A DNA stretch of 34,877 bases, taken from the IMG/VR virus record IMGVR_UViG_3300029928_000026. One strand, 5' to 3'. Every line of letters starts with the position of its first letter. Within the stretch, counting starts at the first letter, position 1. The position numbers and the translations under genes are program-made. Of the stretch, positions 24,408 through 34,600 are shown piece after piece. Under the pieces are notes generated by a model. The model searched no databases, had not been told where the DNA came from, and saw only the letters and a list, made by a program, of their open reading frames with translations. This DNA comes from a virus.

Positions 24408-25523
24408 ATGACAGGCGTTAGGCAGTCGTTCGTATTCTGTCGGGAGGCCGATGGATTCGATATGGGCAAATCCGAAGAGGACAAGTGGGTGGCTCCGCCT
24501 CCCGGGTCGTTCTTCAGTTCCACCCATACCCGTAGCGTGACCAAGGTATACACGGAAGGGAGCAAATTCCCGGATACATTCGCATACGGTCAGCTGTCGG
24601 GATCGTGGGAATGGACATTCCTTATGGATTACGATTATCTGGAACCGCTTCTGCTGGCTTTCGAGGGAGAAGGCGGGGGAGAGGACGTATCTTCCGGTGT
24701 ATTCGAGTTCACTAAGGCCAACAACAGGCGCGTTCCGAGCTTCTGCGTCCGCGGGAAGATCCTCAATAGGATCACCGACGGAGCATGGGAGTCGGAACTC
24801 AAGGACGAGACCTATATCCTCACGGGATGCGTGGTCAAGACCATCAGGTTCTCCAAGTCCGCGGGAGCATCGCAGGTGCAGGTCAGCATGAGCGGATTCT
24901 ATGCGAACGAGCATATGGATCTCGGCAATCTGGACAGTACAGATTACGTCGAGTACGAAGGACATCTGGTGGAGTTCCAGTGCATGTTCGCAGGCAATGA
25001 GTACGTCGCCAATACGGAGTCGCTCTCAGTCGGTGTGGAGAACACCGCATCCGCGATATATTCCACCTGCACTCCGATAGCCAGCAATTTCGCTGAGGGG
25101 CAGGCATCCCTGACCTTCGGAACCATGTGCTATTCCAACGATCCTACGCATTACAAGACCAGAATGTACAGCGGAGGCAGAGATAAGACCGCTCTGTATC
25201 CCAATCACAAGAATCTCGGTCCGATTCCGCTGGTGGCCCTCAAATCGTACAACGCCGAGCAGGTGAGCTATGATGAGAACGGCAGATGCACTGTGGATTT
25301 CGATGCCGCCTGGGAGAAGGCGACGCGCACGGCGGAGTTCAGGCTGACAGGTGTGGCCATAAAAGGTCTCACACGCCAGAAAGGAGATGGAAGTAAGCTC
25401 CAGGATCAGATAAACAGCACTGACATTCTGAAGATCGTGCTGGCAGTCAAGAGTCCCGCATATACGGCACTCAAGCTCACATCGAGAAGCGATGTATGGT
25501 CCAAGGGGCCGCATACGATTTGA
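24408..25523 (+). CDS. Major tail (tube) protein, 371 aa
   Basis: Synteny; beta-rich sequence with two halves of similar pattern (GQLSGSWEWTF / GQASLTFGTM). Confidence 0.7.
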   Translation: MTGVRQSFVFCREADGFDMGKSEEDKWVAPPPGSFFSSTHTRSVTKVYTEGSKFPDTFAYGQLSGSWEWTFLMDYDYLEPLLLAFEGEGGGEDVSSGVFEFTKANNRRVPSFCVRGKILNRITDGAWESELKDETYILTGCVVKTIRFSKSAGASQVQVSMSGFYANEHMDLGNLDSTDYVEYEGHLVEFQCMFAGNEYVANTESLSVGVENTASAIYSTCTPIASNFAEGQASLTFGTMCYSNDPTHYKTRMYSGGRDKTALYPNHKNLGPIPLVALKSYNAEQVSYDENGRCTVDFDAAWEKATRTAEFRLTGVAIKGLTRQKGDGSKLQDQINSTDILKIVLAVKSPAYTALKLTSRSDVWSKGPHTI

Positions 25524-25554
25524 AACCCTTTGCAGATGACGCGAGTTGATACAG

Positions 25555-25950
25555 ATGGATTACGAGACGAAGTACGAGATCGACCTGACCGAATATGGAA
25601 TGCCCGGCAAGATGATCGTGGTTTCAGCACCTGATTTCGGACGCAAGGTGAGAGCCAAGAACATGAGCACCTGCAAGGCGAAGTTCTCCCGCGAGGGGAG
25701 TACATCCACCGTTACGGAGATCGGAGCCGCAGATCAGGAGATCATCAATCTGATGGCGTATATCGAGTCTGCTCCGTTCCAGCTCACTGTTCCCGGATTC
25801 ATGGGTTTCATGACTCAGCTGGATGCGGTCCGCAAGGGGAATGCGGACAGGCTGTACGACATCCTCATGAGTGATGCAGGAGCTATCGTGGAGGGCGATA
25901 GCAGCCCTTTTGCAGATTCACAGGCTCAGGAGACCGCGAGTTCGGAATAA
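25555..25950 (+). CDS. Tail assembly chaperone (gpG-like), 131 aa
   Basis: Between tail tube and tape measure; contains slippery heptamer C CCT TTT at 25905-25911. Confidence 0.75.
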   Translation: MDYETKYEIDLTEYGMPGKMIVVSAPDFGRKVRAKNMSTCKAKFSREGSTSTVTEIGAADQEIINLMAYIESAPFQLTVPGFMGFMTQLDAVRKGNADRLYDILMSDAGAIVEGDSSPFADSQAQETASSE

Positions 25951-26165
25951 GGCTGTTCCAGAATGCCATCTCCTCCGATGAAGGGATGAGCGGGGAGATG
26001 GCTCGCCTGTATGCCAGAGGGGTGTATCTCCTCAGAGGGGGGTCGTCCAAGGATTTCGATGATCTGAACGATGAGGACATCCAACTGATGCTGGCTGTGG
26101 ACGATGGGATGCGCATGAGGCAGGTCAAGGTGCTGATGTCGATGTTTGGAGTAAAGGAGCAGTGA
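25905..26165 (+). CDS. -1 frameshift extension of the tail chaperone (gpGT-like; fusion about 203 aa)
   Basis: The -1 frame is open from the heptamer to TGA 26163-26165 (...FCRFTGSGDREFGIRLF...KDFDDLNDEDIQLML...KEQ*) and ends 1 nt before the tape measure start. Not in the ORF track. Confidence 0.75.
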   Translation, partial: PFCRFTGSGDREFGIRLFQNAISSDEGMSGEMARLYARGVYLLRGGSSKDFDDLNDEDIQLMLAVDDGMRMRQVKVLMSMFGVKEQ

Positions 26166-26166
26166 C

Positions 26167-27660
26167 GTGGCGATGGAAGGCGAGAACAGGTCATTGCAAG
26201 TGACTATCCAGCTCGGTTGCGATCGTGAGAGCATCCAGAAGCTCATAGACATATTCAGCGAAACATTCGGCCCGGGGGCTGCGACTACAGTAGAGGAGGC
26301 GGTTGAAAAAGGCATACAGAATGGAGCCGCGGGGGCCGCGAGTGCTTTAGAAAAAGTGAATCTCGGAGGAAATGTTTCTGAAGAAGCAAGGGAGAAGCTC
26401 TCGCAAGAAGAGGAGAAGAAACTGGGTGAATACACCAGGAAGGATGATGTCCGGAAGGATGATGTCCGGAAGGATGATGTCCGGAAGGATTATGTCCGGA
26501 AGGATGATGTCCGGAAGGATGATGTCCGGAAGGATGATGTCCGGAAGGATTATGTCCGGAAGGATTATGCAACCTCCACGGTTCCGACCAAAACCGCAGA
26601 CGATACCAAGGACAAGGATGATAAGAGCTGGCAGGAGAAATGGTCGCCTGTAATCATGAAAGGCGTTCAGATGGGTGCGCAGGGACTCAAGACCGTCGCC
26701 ACCAAGTCGCTCGGATTCGTGGAGATGATCTACGGATACATGAAGAGGTCCTCCCCGTTGATGCAGTCCATCGAATCACTCTTCAATCTCGCAGTCCAGA
26801 TGTTCTTCCTTCCTCTGGGAACCAAGCTTGCCGAAACCATTCTTCCCGCAACTCTGGACCTGGTGGATGCCGTCTTGGATATATGGGACAAGTTCGAGGG
26901 GAAGTCTCTCGGAGAGATGATGGAGTATGCCATCAAAGAGGGTACCAAGATGTTCGGAGAATACATCTCCAATATCGGGGAGACCCTCAAGGATGAGAAA
27001 GGCATAGTCGGATCCATCGGAAACTTCCTTGTGACTTTGGGGGAGTTCATAGAGAACAAGGGAGAATCCATCATACAGGCGATTTTCAACACCGCATCTC
27101 TGATTCTGGATAATTTCAAGGAGTTCGTATCCATATACATAGGACTAATGACGGCACAGATCGGAGCCACCATAGGCGGATCCAGCATACTTGGCAATCT
27201 AGTGGCGCCGATAGGAGCGCTAGGCGGAGCAGGAATCGGATTCGCGGTGGGAACCAGTGCAGGATGGAGCGCTTTGACTGTGATGGGGTATGCCGACGGA
27301 GGCTACGTGCCTTCCAGAGAAGGAGGAACGCTTGCCGTCGTCGGAGAAGGCGGAGAGGGCGAGCATATAATCCCTGACAGCAAGGCGGACGCATTCGCCG
27401 CATCCAGGATGAAGGGATCCAGCACATACAACATCACGATAAACGGCTATACCGACAGCGAGCTGAAGAGATATGTGCAGGACGTGGTCAGCGAGCAGGT
27501 GTCGTTCAGCAGGTTGAAGGGGTCGTTCCGATGGCGGGTCATGCCACATTTTCGGTCAAATGGGTCAAGGATGAAGATGACGAGATGTCTTTCGACATCG
27601 ATGAGATCACTGCGGTCGAGGTGTCGTACAATGCATCATTGTCGAACATTCCCACGATAG
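26167..27660 (+). CDS. Tape measure protein (likely ancestral end at 27531)
   Basis: Helical amphipathic core, Gly/Ala-rich hydrophobic segment and C-terminal YADGGYV...GEGGEGEHIIP motif typical of TMPs. The last 43 codons overlap the next gene. Confidence 0.85.
   Translation: MAMEGENRSLQVTIQLGCDRESIQKLIDIFSETFGPGAATTVEEAVEKGIQNGAAGAASALEKVNLGGNVSEEAREKLSQEEEKKLGEYTRKDDVRKDDVRKDDVRKDYVRKDDVRKDDVRKDDVRKDYVRKDYATSTVPTKTADDTKDKDDKSWQEKWSPVIMKGVQMGAQGLKTVATKSLGFVEMIYGYMKRSSPLMQSIESLFNLAVQMFFLPLGTKLAETILPATLDLVDAVLDIWDKFEGKSLGEMMEYAIKEGTKMFGEYISNIGETLKDEKGIVGSIGNFLVTLGEFIENKGESIIQAIFNTASLILDNFKEFVSIYIGLMTAQIGATIGGSSILGNLVAPIGALGGAGIGFAVGTSAGWSALTVMGYADGGYVPSREGGTLAVVGEGGEGEHIIPDSKADAFAASRMKGSSTYNITINGYTDSELKRYVQDVVSEQVSFSRLKGSFRWRVMPHFRSNGSRMKMTRCLSTSMRSLRSRCRTMHHCRTFPR
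26441..26560 (+). repeat. 8 x 15-bp tandem repeat AGGAT(G/T)ATGTCCGGA encoding KDDVR/KDYVR, organised as 2 x 60 bp
   Basis: Seen directly: pattern G,G,G,T,G,G,G,T at the variable base, then a partial unit. Confidence 0.95.
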
Positions 27661-29342
27661 TATACGGCGTATGGAACAATTTCACGATGGATCTGGGTAC
27701 TACCCGCACCTTCTCCATCTCATGCGTCAGAGTCACTCCTGATGATTTCGATGACGATTCGAAGAATCCGGATAGATGGTCCAACGGCAAGTGGTGGGAG
27801 GAATTCATGCACATGTGGGACTACTGGCAGAATCTCTCCTATGAGAAGGACGGATCGGGATGGCGCATCCAAGGCGGTGTCGATTTCAAGTACATACCCG
27901 ACTCGGGGACCTATGAGGAAGTGAGCGACGAGATTCCCGAGATATCGACCAATGTATTCCTGACAGGTACGATGGCGCCGAGGTTCGGTGTGCAGAAGAT
28001 GACATGGAGCATGCAGCTTCTCGAAGCCCGTGTGTTCTCAGAAGAGGATGCAGGGGCGCGTGTCACTCTGACATTCAAGCTCGATTCATCCGACAGCGGG
28101 TTCTCCCGTTCGTACCCTGTCGGGACGCAGGCATATATGCCAGAGCCTTCCGCAGAGCAGTTGTCCAAGATAACCGACGGAGGCATCGTGGTCGGATGGG
28201 ATTACAATGGGATAAGGTATGACATCGGGAAGAAACTGATCATCTCTACGGGTATGGATGGAGGCGTGTTCTATGCCATCCGGGTGTATCCCAAATACAT
28301 CTATACCCGCCTTCTGTCCAGAGTGGATGAAGACCCGATAACTGTTCCCGAAGGCTGTTCAAGGGCTGTGGTCACAGTGGTCGGTGCGGGCGGAAGAGGA
28401 GGCGACATTCAGCTGAAGGGCATCACGCAGCCGGGGGGGTCGATCAAGAACATCTGCTACTCAGGAGGAGGCGGAGGTTCGGGCGAGGTCCAGACTAAGA
28501 CGTTCACAGGTCTTGTCGCAGGCGATAGGATCGAGGTGTCCCTCGGACAGGGGCTGTTCTATACCAGCGATGAAAGATTCACAGTAGCAACGCTCAAGTC
28601 CGCATCGGGCTCTCTCAAGGGACGTCTGACAGCCAACGGCGGAGAGGATGGAGAGGATGCCACGATAGACAGCAAAGGAGGTCGCGGAGGATCCAAGTAC
28701 AATGCCGGCGGAAGCACCGACGGCAGGGCGGGAGAGCCGGGAGAGGGAAGCATCGGAATCCCCGGCAAAGGAACTGCGAAGGTTCCTTCCGATGACGAGT
28801 CGGGAGGCGGTGCAGGAGGCGGAGCCGCGGATCTGAACATGAATCTCCCTGTCTCCGCGATACTGAACGCGAAGGAGTACACTCTGGACCCCGATATCAA
28901 GCTGGACTGGAAGCACGGGCAATGGACCTACGACTCGATATATGCGGCGTATAACATCGAGGTTACAGACATCAGGAATTCGGGTACGATGTATGTGTTC
29001 GCAGGCACCGTCAAAGAAGAGGGACCGTATTGGTTCCTCATCCAGATACAGGACAAATCTCTGGGGCGCAAGAGGCTCTATAACGGCGGTGCAGGAATCT
29101 ATCTGAAGAATGAGAATTCCGATGGCAGGTCCATCAACATCAGATCCAAGGGGGGCGACGGAGTGGTGCCGTACCTGTCTAACGAGTCCGGATACAACGG
29201 GTCCGATGCTTTGAAGAATATCGGATCGTTCGGAGGGGGCGCGGGATCGGGTTCGGTAAGTGCGGCCCTCTCGGGCAATCAGACCAAGGTATACAGCGAT
29301 GCGGCAGGCGACGGTGTCGTGATAGCATCATTCCTGGAGTGA
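27531..29342 (+). CDS. Distal-tail/baseplate protein: Dit-like N-domain + Listeria-Bacteroides (InlB B)-like repeat + glycine-rich domain (603 aa)
   Basis: Follows the TMP. N-domain is paralogous to 29349..29807. VTLTF...P.P....VGW...YD...FYA pattern, then VVGAGGRGG / GGGGGSG Gly-rich beta domain. Confidence 0.65.
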   Translation: MAGHATFSVKWVKDEDDEMSFDIDEITAVEVSYNASLSNIPTIVYGVWNNFTMDLGTTRTFSISCVRVTPDDFDDDSKNPDRWSNGKWWEEFMHMWDYWQNLSYEKDGSGWRIQGGVDFKYIPDSGTYEEVSDEIPEISTNVFLTGTMAPRFGVQKMTWSMQLLEARVFSEEDAGARVTLTFKLDSSDSGFSRSYPVGTQAYMPEPSAEQLSKITDGGIVVGWDYNGIRYDIGKKLIISTGMDGGVFYAIRVYPKYIYTRLLSRVDEDPITVPEGCSRAVVTVVGAGGRGGDIQLKGITQPGGSIKNICYSGGGGGSGEVQTKTFTGLVAGDRIEVSLGQGLFYTSDERFTVATLKSASGSLKGRLTANGGEDGEDATIDSKGGRGGSKYNAGGSTDGRAGEPGEGSIGIPGKGTAKVPSDDESGGGAGGGAADLNMNLPVSAILNAKEYTLDPDIKLDWKHGQWTYDSIYAAYNIEVTDIRNSGTMYVFAGTVKEEGPYWFLIQIQDKSLGRKRLYNGGAGIYLKNENSDGRSINIRSKGGDGVVPYLSNESGYNGSDALKNIGSFGGGAGSGSVSAALSGNQTKVYSDAAGDGVVIASFLE

Positions 29343-29348
29343 ATAAGG

Positions 29349-29807
29349 ATGCTCACATTGGAATACAACGGAATCAAGATAGATTTCGGAATAATCACCG
29401 GATACAGCGAGTCGTTCAGCAAGTCTGTAGCGAAATTCCCCATCGTCGGCAGAAGCACGAGGGACACATTCGCCATCGAGTCGTCCAGCACCAGCGATAT
29501 GGAGATCAACTTCGTTCGCAAGTCTCCCGAATACTTCGATAACGACTCGATGGACAGCACCGAGTGGTCCAACTCCTACTGGGTGGAGGAGGTGGGCCTG
29601 GCGATGGACCGCTGGCAGGCGGAGACCGACGGGTTCAAGTTCAGATACAATGAGGATCGTGAGCTGTCGGGGATGCCCAGAAGGGTTCTGAACGGCTATG
29701 TGAGATCCCTGTCGTATCAGTTCAAGGCAGGAGATGTGCAATGCGTGTATGGAACCATCACGTTCTCATCGGGAACCATGTATTGCAAATGCAGAAGGAC
29801 GAGATGA
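29349..29807 (+). CDS. Dit-like / baseplate protein (152 aa), paralogue of the N-domain of 27531..29342
   Basis: FVRKSPEYFDNDSMDSTEWSNSYWVEE...DRWQ aligns with CVRVTPDDFDDDSKNPDRWSNGKWWEE...DYWQ. Confidence 0.65.
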   Translation: MLTLEYNGIKIDFGIITGYSESFSKSVAKFPIVGRSTRDTFAIESSSTSDMEINFVRKSPEYFDNDSMDSTEWSNSYWVEEVGLAMDRWQAETDGFKFRYNEDRELSGMPRRVLNGYVRSLSYQFKAGDVQCVYGTITFSSGTMYCKCRRTR

Positions 29808-29811
29808 TGAT

Positions 29812-31425
29812 ATGGCGGATACCAAGGTCGAGAAGATAACGATTCAAGGCGGAGATGCCAAGCTCGGCATGACTTCCGAGTTCACTGCGGTCATAGAGCC
29901 GGATGATGCCACGGACAAAACTCTGGAGTGGAGCATATCGAACGGGGGCGAGTACGCTTCGATCGAATCCTCCGATGGCATGATATGCACGGTCAAGGGA
30001 GTCAAGATGGGCGGGCCCGTCACTCTCACCGCGACCGCCAAGGACGGTTCGGGAGTCACGGGGTCGATAGAGTTCCATGTATCCGCGGATGAATCGATCA
30101 TCCCATCCGAGGGGTGGGGAGATTGGAAGGACCCTGTAGAACGCAAGACGTTCCGCGTGCAGATGACCGACCGCACGGGAAGCGACTACTTCGATCTGAT
30201 GTACACGGACGACAAAGGGCGCACCAAGAGCTGCATATCATCTATGGAGATCGTCGGAGGTCCCGAGGAGCCTTTCGAGCGCGTCCAGCTGACCATCCCT
30301 AAGAAGCGTCTGTACTACATCGCATCCCAGCTTGCGGAAGCCAACGGCATCCTCGTAGGATCCACCAAAATCGTGCTGATGGGAGCGATGGGCAGAGGGG
30401 TATTCACAGTGACCAAGTGCCGCTACTCCGGAAGGAAGTTCGTGATAACGGCATATTGCGATGCGGAGAGGTTCAGAGGATGCACTCTGGAGGATTCCAA
30501 TATCTCCGGAACGCCGAGGTCCATTCTGTGCTATCTTCTGTCCATCAGGACGTCGTTCGGCGTGCAGGTCGCTTATCTGGATATTGATTCCGCAGTAGTG
30601 ACGACATCGGAATACAAGGGATACATCTCGTTCGACAAGGGAGCCAACATATGGTACATCCTGCAGGTATGCGCCATGCTGATGGGATGCCGCATCTGGT
30701 TCGCGGATGACACCATGCACATCAGGGATTGCACCCGTCGTGTGAACAACCGTGCATACGAAGGCGCCGAGACGCTGGATCTATACCCCGATTCGGAGAC
30801 CGATCCGATGTACGGCCGTACCGTCGGAGAGGTGGACCTCGGAGACGAGGGTTCGGATACCGTCGTCAATTCCGTGACGATACGTTGCAGACTCGTCGAT
30901 GAGAAGGGCGAGGCTTCATCGAGGACGTACAGCGTGGGGCCGTATTACGAAGACGGAGGAACCAAGGAGGACAGCGCATCCGTATCCAAGTTCGGCGAGC
31001 GCACCGAGACGTTCAGCATTCCTGAACTGACCTGTACGTTGAAGATGGAATCGGGAGAGAGCATTCTCGAATCCGAATCTGCAGAAGCATTCGCAGTGAA
31101 CTACATCAGATATCTGAAGGAGCCTCAGCAGAGCATAACGTTCCAGCTCAAAGAAGTGCAGGAGACCGAGAATGGAGCGAGTTTCGAGTGGCTCCCCTAC
31201 TTCGACGAGCCCTCGATGCTGGATGAACTGTCGGATGAGCCGGATGAGGTGTATCTGACCAGCGAGTCGGTCTGCGGAGAGGGCAGGCTTCCCCAGAAGC
31301 TCATGCTCTCCACTCATGACAGGAGCTATCCCGACTGCACCACGACCTATACATTCGGGATGATGAAGTCGATCTCGCTGTCGGACAGCACCAGCCGTAT
31401 CATGGACGCTCTGAACAAGGGATGA
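29812..31425 (+). CDS. Baseplate hub / Tal-like protein with N-terminal Big_2 Ig-like domain (537 aa)
   Basis: TAVIEPDDATDKTLEWS...VTLTATAKDGSGVTG is a classic Big_2 pattern. IWYILQVCA..GCRIWF, VVNSVTI and SVSKFGER resemble hub proteins. Start re-called at ATG 29812. Confidence 0.7.
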   Translation: MADTKVEKITIQGGDAKLGMTSEFTAVIEPDDATDKTLEWSISNGGEYASIESSDGMICTVKGVKMGGPVTLTATAKDGSGVTGSIEFHVSADESIIPSEGWGDWKDPVERKTFRVQMTDRTGSDYFDLMYTDDKGRTKSCISSMEIVGGPEEPFERVQLTIPKKRLYYIASQLAEANGILVGSTKIVLMGAMGRGVFTVTKCRYSGRKFVITAYCDAERFRGCTLEDSNISGTPRSILCYLLSIRTSFGVQVAYLDIDSAVVTTSEYKGYISFDKGANIWYILQVCAMLMGCRIWFADDTMHIRDCTRRVNNRAYEGAETLDLYPDSETDPMYGRTVGEVDLGDEGSDTVVNSVTIRCRLVDEKGEASSRTYSVGPYYEDGGTKEDSASVSKFGERTETFSIPELTCTLKMESGESILESESAEAFAVNYIRYLKEPQQSITFQLKEVQETENGASFEWLPYFDEPSMLDELSDEPDEVYLTSESVCGEGRLPQKLMLSTHDRSYPDCTTTYTFGMMKSISLSDSTSRIMDALNKG

Positions 31426-31658
31426 GCAGATTCAGGAACAGGTCCCTTGCGGGGCAGAGATTCGGACGGCTGGTCGTGCTGGAAGATTTAGGATATAGGG
31501 GTAGGAGCAGATACTACAGGTGCATCTGCGACTGCGGACGCATCACGGATGTGCAGGAGTTCCATCTCAGAAGAGGTGAGACCCGCTCGTGCGGCTGCTA
31601 CCACAGCGAGCGGGTCGCGGAGGTCAATCGCCTCCGCAAGCGTTCCATACTGAAGTAA
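31422..31658 (+). CDS. Stand-alone N-terminal Cys domain of HNH/AP2 homing-endonuclease type (78 aa); possible remnant
   Basis: LAGQRFGRLVV, RCICDCG and LRRGETRSCGC motifs; ends with TAA before any HNH domain. Confidence 0.75.
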   Translation: MSRFRNRSLAGQRFGRLVVLEDLGYRGRSRYYRCICDCGRITDVQEFHLRRGETRSCGCYHSERVAEVNRLRKRSILK

Positions 31659-31679
31659 TGCATACTCCTACTTATATCC

Positions 31680-34600
31680 ATGAGTCAATCGGCTCATATG
31701 GACCTCTATTATGAGTTCAGCAAGGACAATAGGACCCTGTCCACCAAAAGGGGCAGGACCTACGCGGGTCAGAGGTGCGATGCGCGCAGCGCGACTCTGC
31801 ACTTCGACCTCTATCACTATGCGATGGACGAGGGCGATATGCCTTCCTACACCGAGGAATGGGATTTCGATGCAGAGGGCTACTCCGCATATATCATGTT
31901 CCGTGTGTACGATGAGAACGGATATCCGTACTACTACGGCGATTCCAGCTCCCCTAAGTTCGATGGATATACGTTCCAGGTGCCGTATGAGATAACCACT
32001 CGCGCACGCTCCGCCCGCGTGGAGTTCCAGCTGGTATTCACCAAGGTGCCGTTCAACGGAACCCTCCAGGACATAGATGCTACGGAGTATCTCCTGTCGG
32101 CAGTGTCCGGATTCGCAGTCAAGGACGAGGGATTCAGGCCTCCTATGCCTCCGCACGGACCCAGAGCCTGCGCTCCTCCCTCTCCCGTGGCCTGCGAGCC
32201 GTCCGTGGGCGGATGGATCGAGATGTGGAAGGATGCCAGCGTCCTGCTTCCTGTGGATCTGAGAGGAAGGCTGAACAGACCCGGTCTGGAGATGACGTTC
32301 ACCACCTACCGCGGTCAGTCCCAGATGCTGGATCTGAATGTGGCCACTCTCGATGCCAATGATCAGATTCCTGTCAGCGTCATTCCTACGGGTGCCGATG
32401 AGGGCAAGATTCCTGTTCTGAAGGAGAACCTCGGCGACGGAGATATTCTGTCCTACAGCGCGAAGGCGAAGGGCATCGTCGGCAGAACCGCCGTGTCTAA
32501 AGCGCAGGAACTCGAATTCAACCGCGACGAGGTGCCTCTGGCATCCGCCATCCCCACGAAGCTGAGGCTCCGCAATTCCGACGGACAGAGCTACGTTCTC
32601 CAGCTGTGCGACATGGATATGAATGTCGTCAGCGAGCTGGACATGCCCATCGAGGATGTCGTCAAGGAGGCGTATTATTCCGACGGATACATACACCTGA
32701 TCATCAATACGCCAGGCGCCGAGGATGGTCCCACCAAGGACATCTCGTTCTCCGTTACCGACCTGCTTCCCCTGTATGTTCCCGGTGACGATTATATCGA
32801 GATCTCCAAGGACAGGGTGGATTCCGAGGGAAAGACCACCTATACGGTGAAGCTCACGAAGAAGTTCTGGGATACCGTCACGGCCAAGGACGATGCGATA
32901 AAAACCATCCTCAGGAAGGACCTTGCAGCAGAGGCGAGCACCAGGGGGGCGGAGGATACCAAGCTGAGCAACCGCATAGATGCTCTTGCAGAGTCCGCAG
33001 AGGGCTCTGATGCCAGCATCAGGGAGGATCTCAGGAAGGAATCCGACCAGAGGGCCGCCAGCGACGCCTACCTCAAGGGACTCATCAAGAACAACGCGAA
33101 CGACATCCAGGGTCTGAGCGGAAGGACCGACATCCTCGATGAGGAGGTCAGGCTTCTGCCATACAGGTTCAAGGCAGGCAACGCGATAGATCTGAAGCAG
33201 ACCATCGACGAGAAATCCCAGAAGATCACTCAGGTCATCATCTCCGCACAGGTGGATGCCGAACTGAACCATTCCAGTTCAAATCCCGTGCAGAACAGTG
33301 CCGTGACCTCTGAACTGGATGCGAAGCAGGGCAAGCTGAAGTCCTCATCCACAGTGAGGGTGGAGAAGGACGTGGACGGGCTGTACTATCTGACTGCCGC
33401 CACGCAGGTGAAGGTCGATTCCTCCGTCACTGCAGATTCCACCAATCCTGTTCAGAGCAAGGGAGTCTATGAGGCTCTTGAGAAGAAGCAGGACAAGCTA
33501 TCTGTGGACGGAGAGTTCCTCGATTGGGACGGTACGAGGCTGGCTCTCAGTCTTGACAGACTCGTGGATGAATCTCTTTCGCCTACATCGGAAAGACCTG
33601 TCCAGAACAAGGTCGTGGAGAAAGCCATCAGCGATCTCAAGACGCTCAAGGCCGCGATTCCCGTATGGGCGGAGAGCGGAGTCGAGTACAATTCCGGTGA
33701 CATCGTGCTCTATCAGGGTGCGCTGTACCTGTGCATCGCCGATGCGCCCCTCACGAATCACGAGCCTCCGACCAACAAGGAGTGCTGGAGTCCGCTCATC
33801 CATTCGGGAGCTGCCGCAGTGCAGGCGGTCAACAGGCCGACATACATCTGCCAGTTCGGAAATGATAAAGACACCGAATATACGATCCGTCACGGGCTTC
33901 AATGCAGAGAGCTGGTTTGGTCCATCTATACAGCCGACAGCGAGCATCTCTATGTGAATGCCATCGTGTCCGCACCGACCATCAATTCGCTGAGAATAAG
34001 GCTCACCGAGCCTCCCGGAACCAACGGTATGGTCATCAGCATCATGCGCGTCAGGGAAGCGGCGACCAATGTCGCCGTGACAGGCCCGATCAATGTGGAT
34101 GTGACCACGCCTGCGGTCAAGTGGGTCTTCGACAGCAATGATTCAGGGATGCCCATGTACGTGCAGGCGGTCAGCGACGATAACGGCACGATTACTGATA
34201 TCGTCGGCGATGTCATACAGAACAGCTCGACTGCATTCAACCCCGTGACCATCGGATTCCAGGAGCCTCGTTCGGGAACGCTCATCCTGGCTCCTGCAAC
34301 GGCCTGCTTCGACATGGATGGCATCACGATGGTGCTGGACAAGGCGGACGCTTCCAACAAGCTCAAAGACGGAACCTGGTATCTCGTCCAATGCTTCAAG
34401 GATGGAGAGGGCGAGAGCATACTCGATGTAAGGCAGGATGAGCATACTGTGACCATCGTCACAGGCGGAGAGTCCTGGCAGGGTCTGGTGTGCCTCTTCG
34501 AGGCCACTGCGACCAAGGAGTTCTCGGACGTGTCCGAACTGTCGTATCAGCACAACAAGGGCAGATATGTCGGAGTACAGAGCTATGGCGCTGACGGGCT

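Noticed and set aside
13621-26560. Common origin of the two 15-bp VNTRs (SPDDI and KDDVR)
   Set aside because: Same unit length but only weak similarity on either strand; 15 bp is simply compatible with staying in frame.
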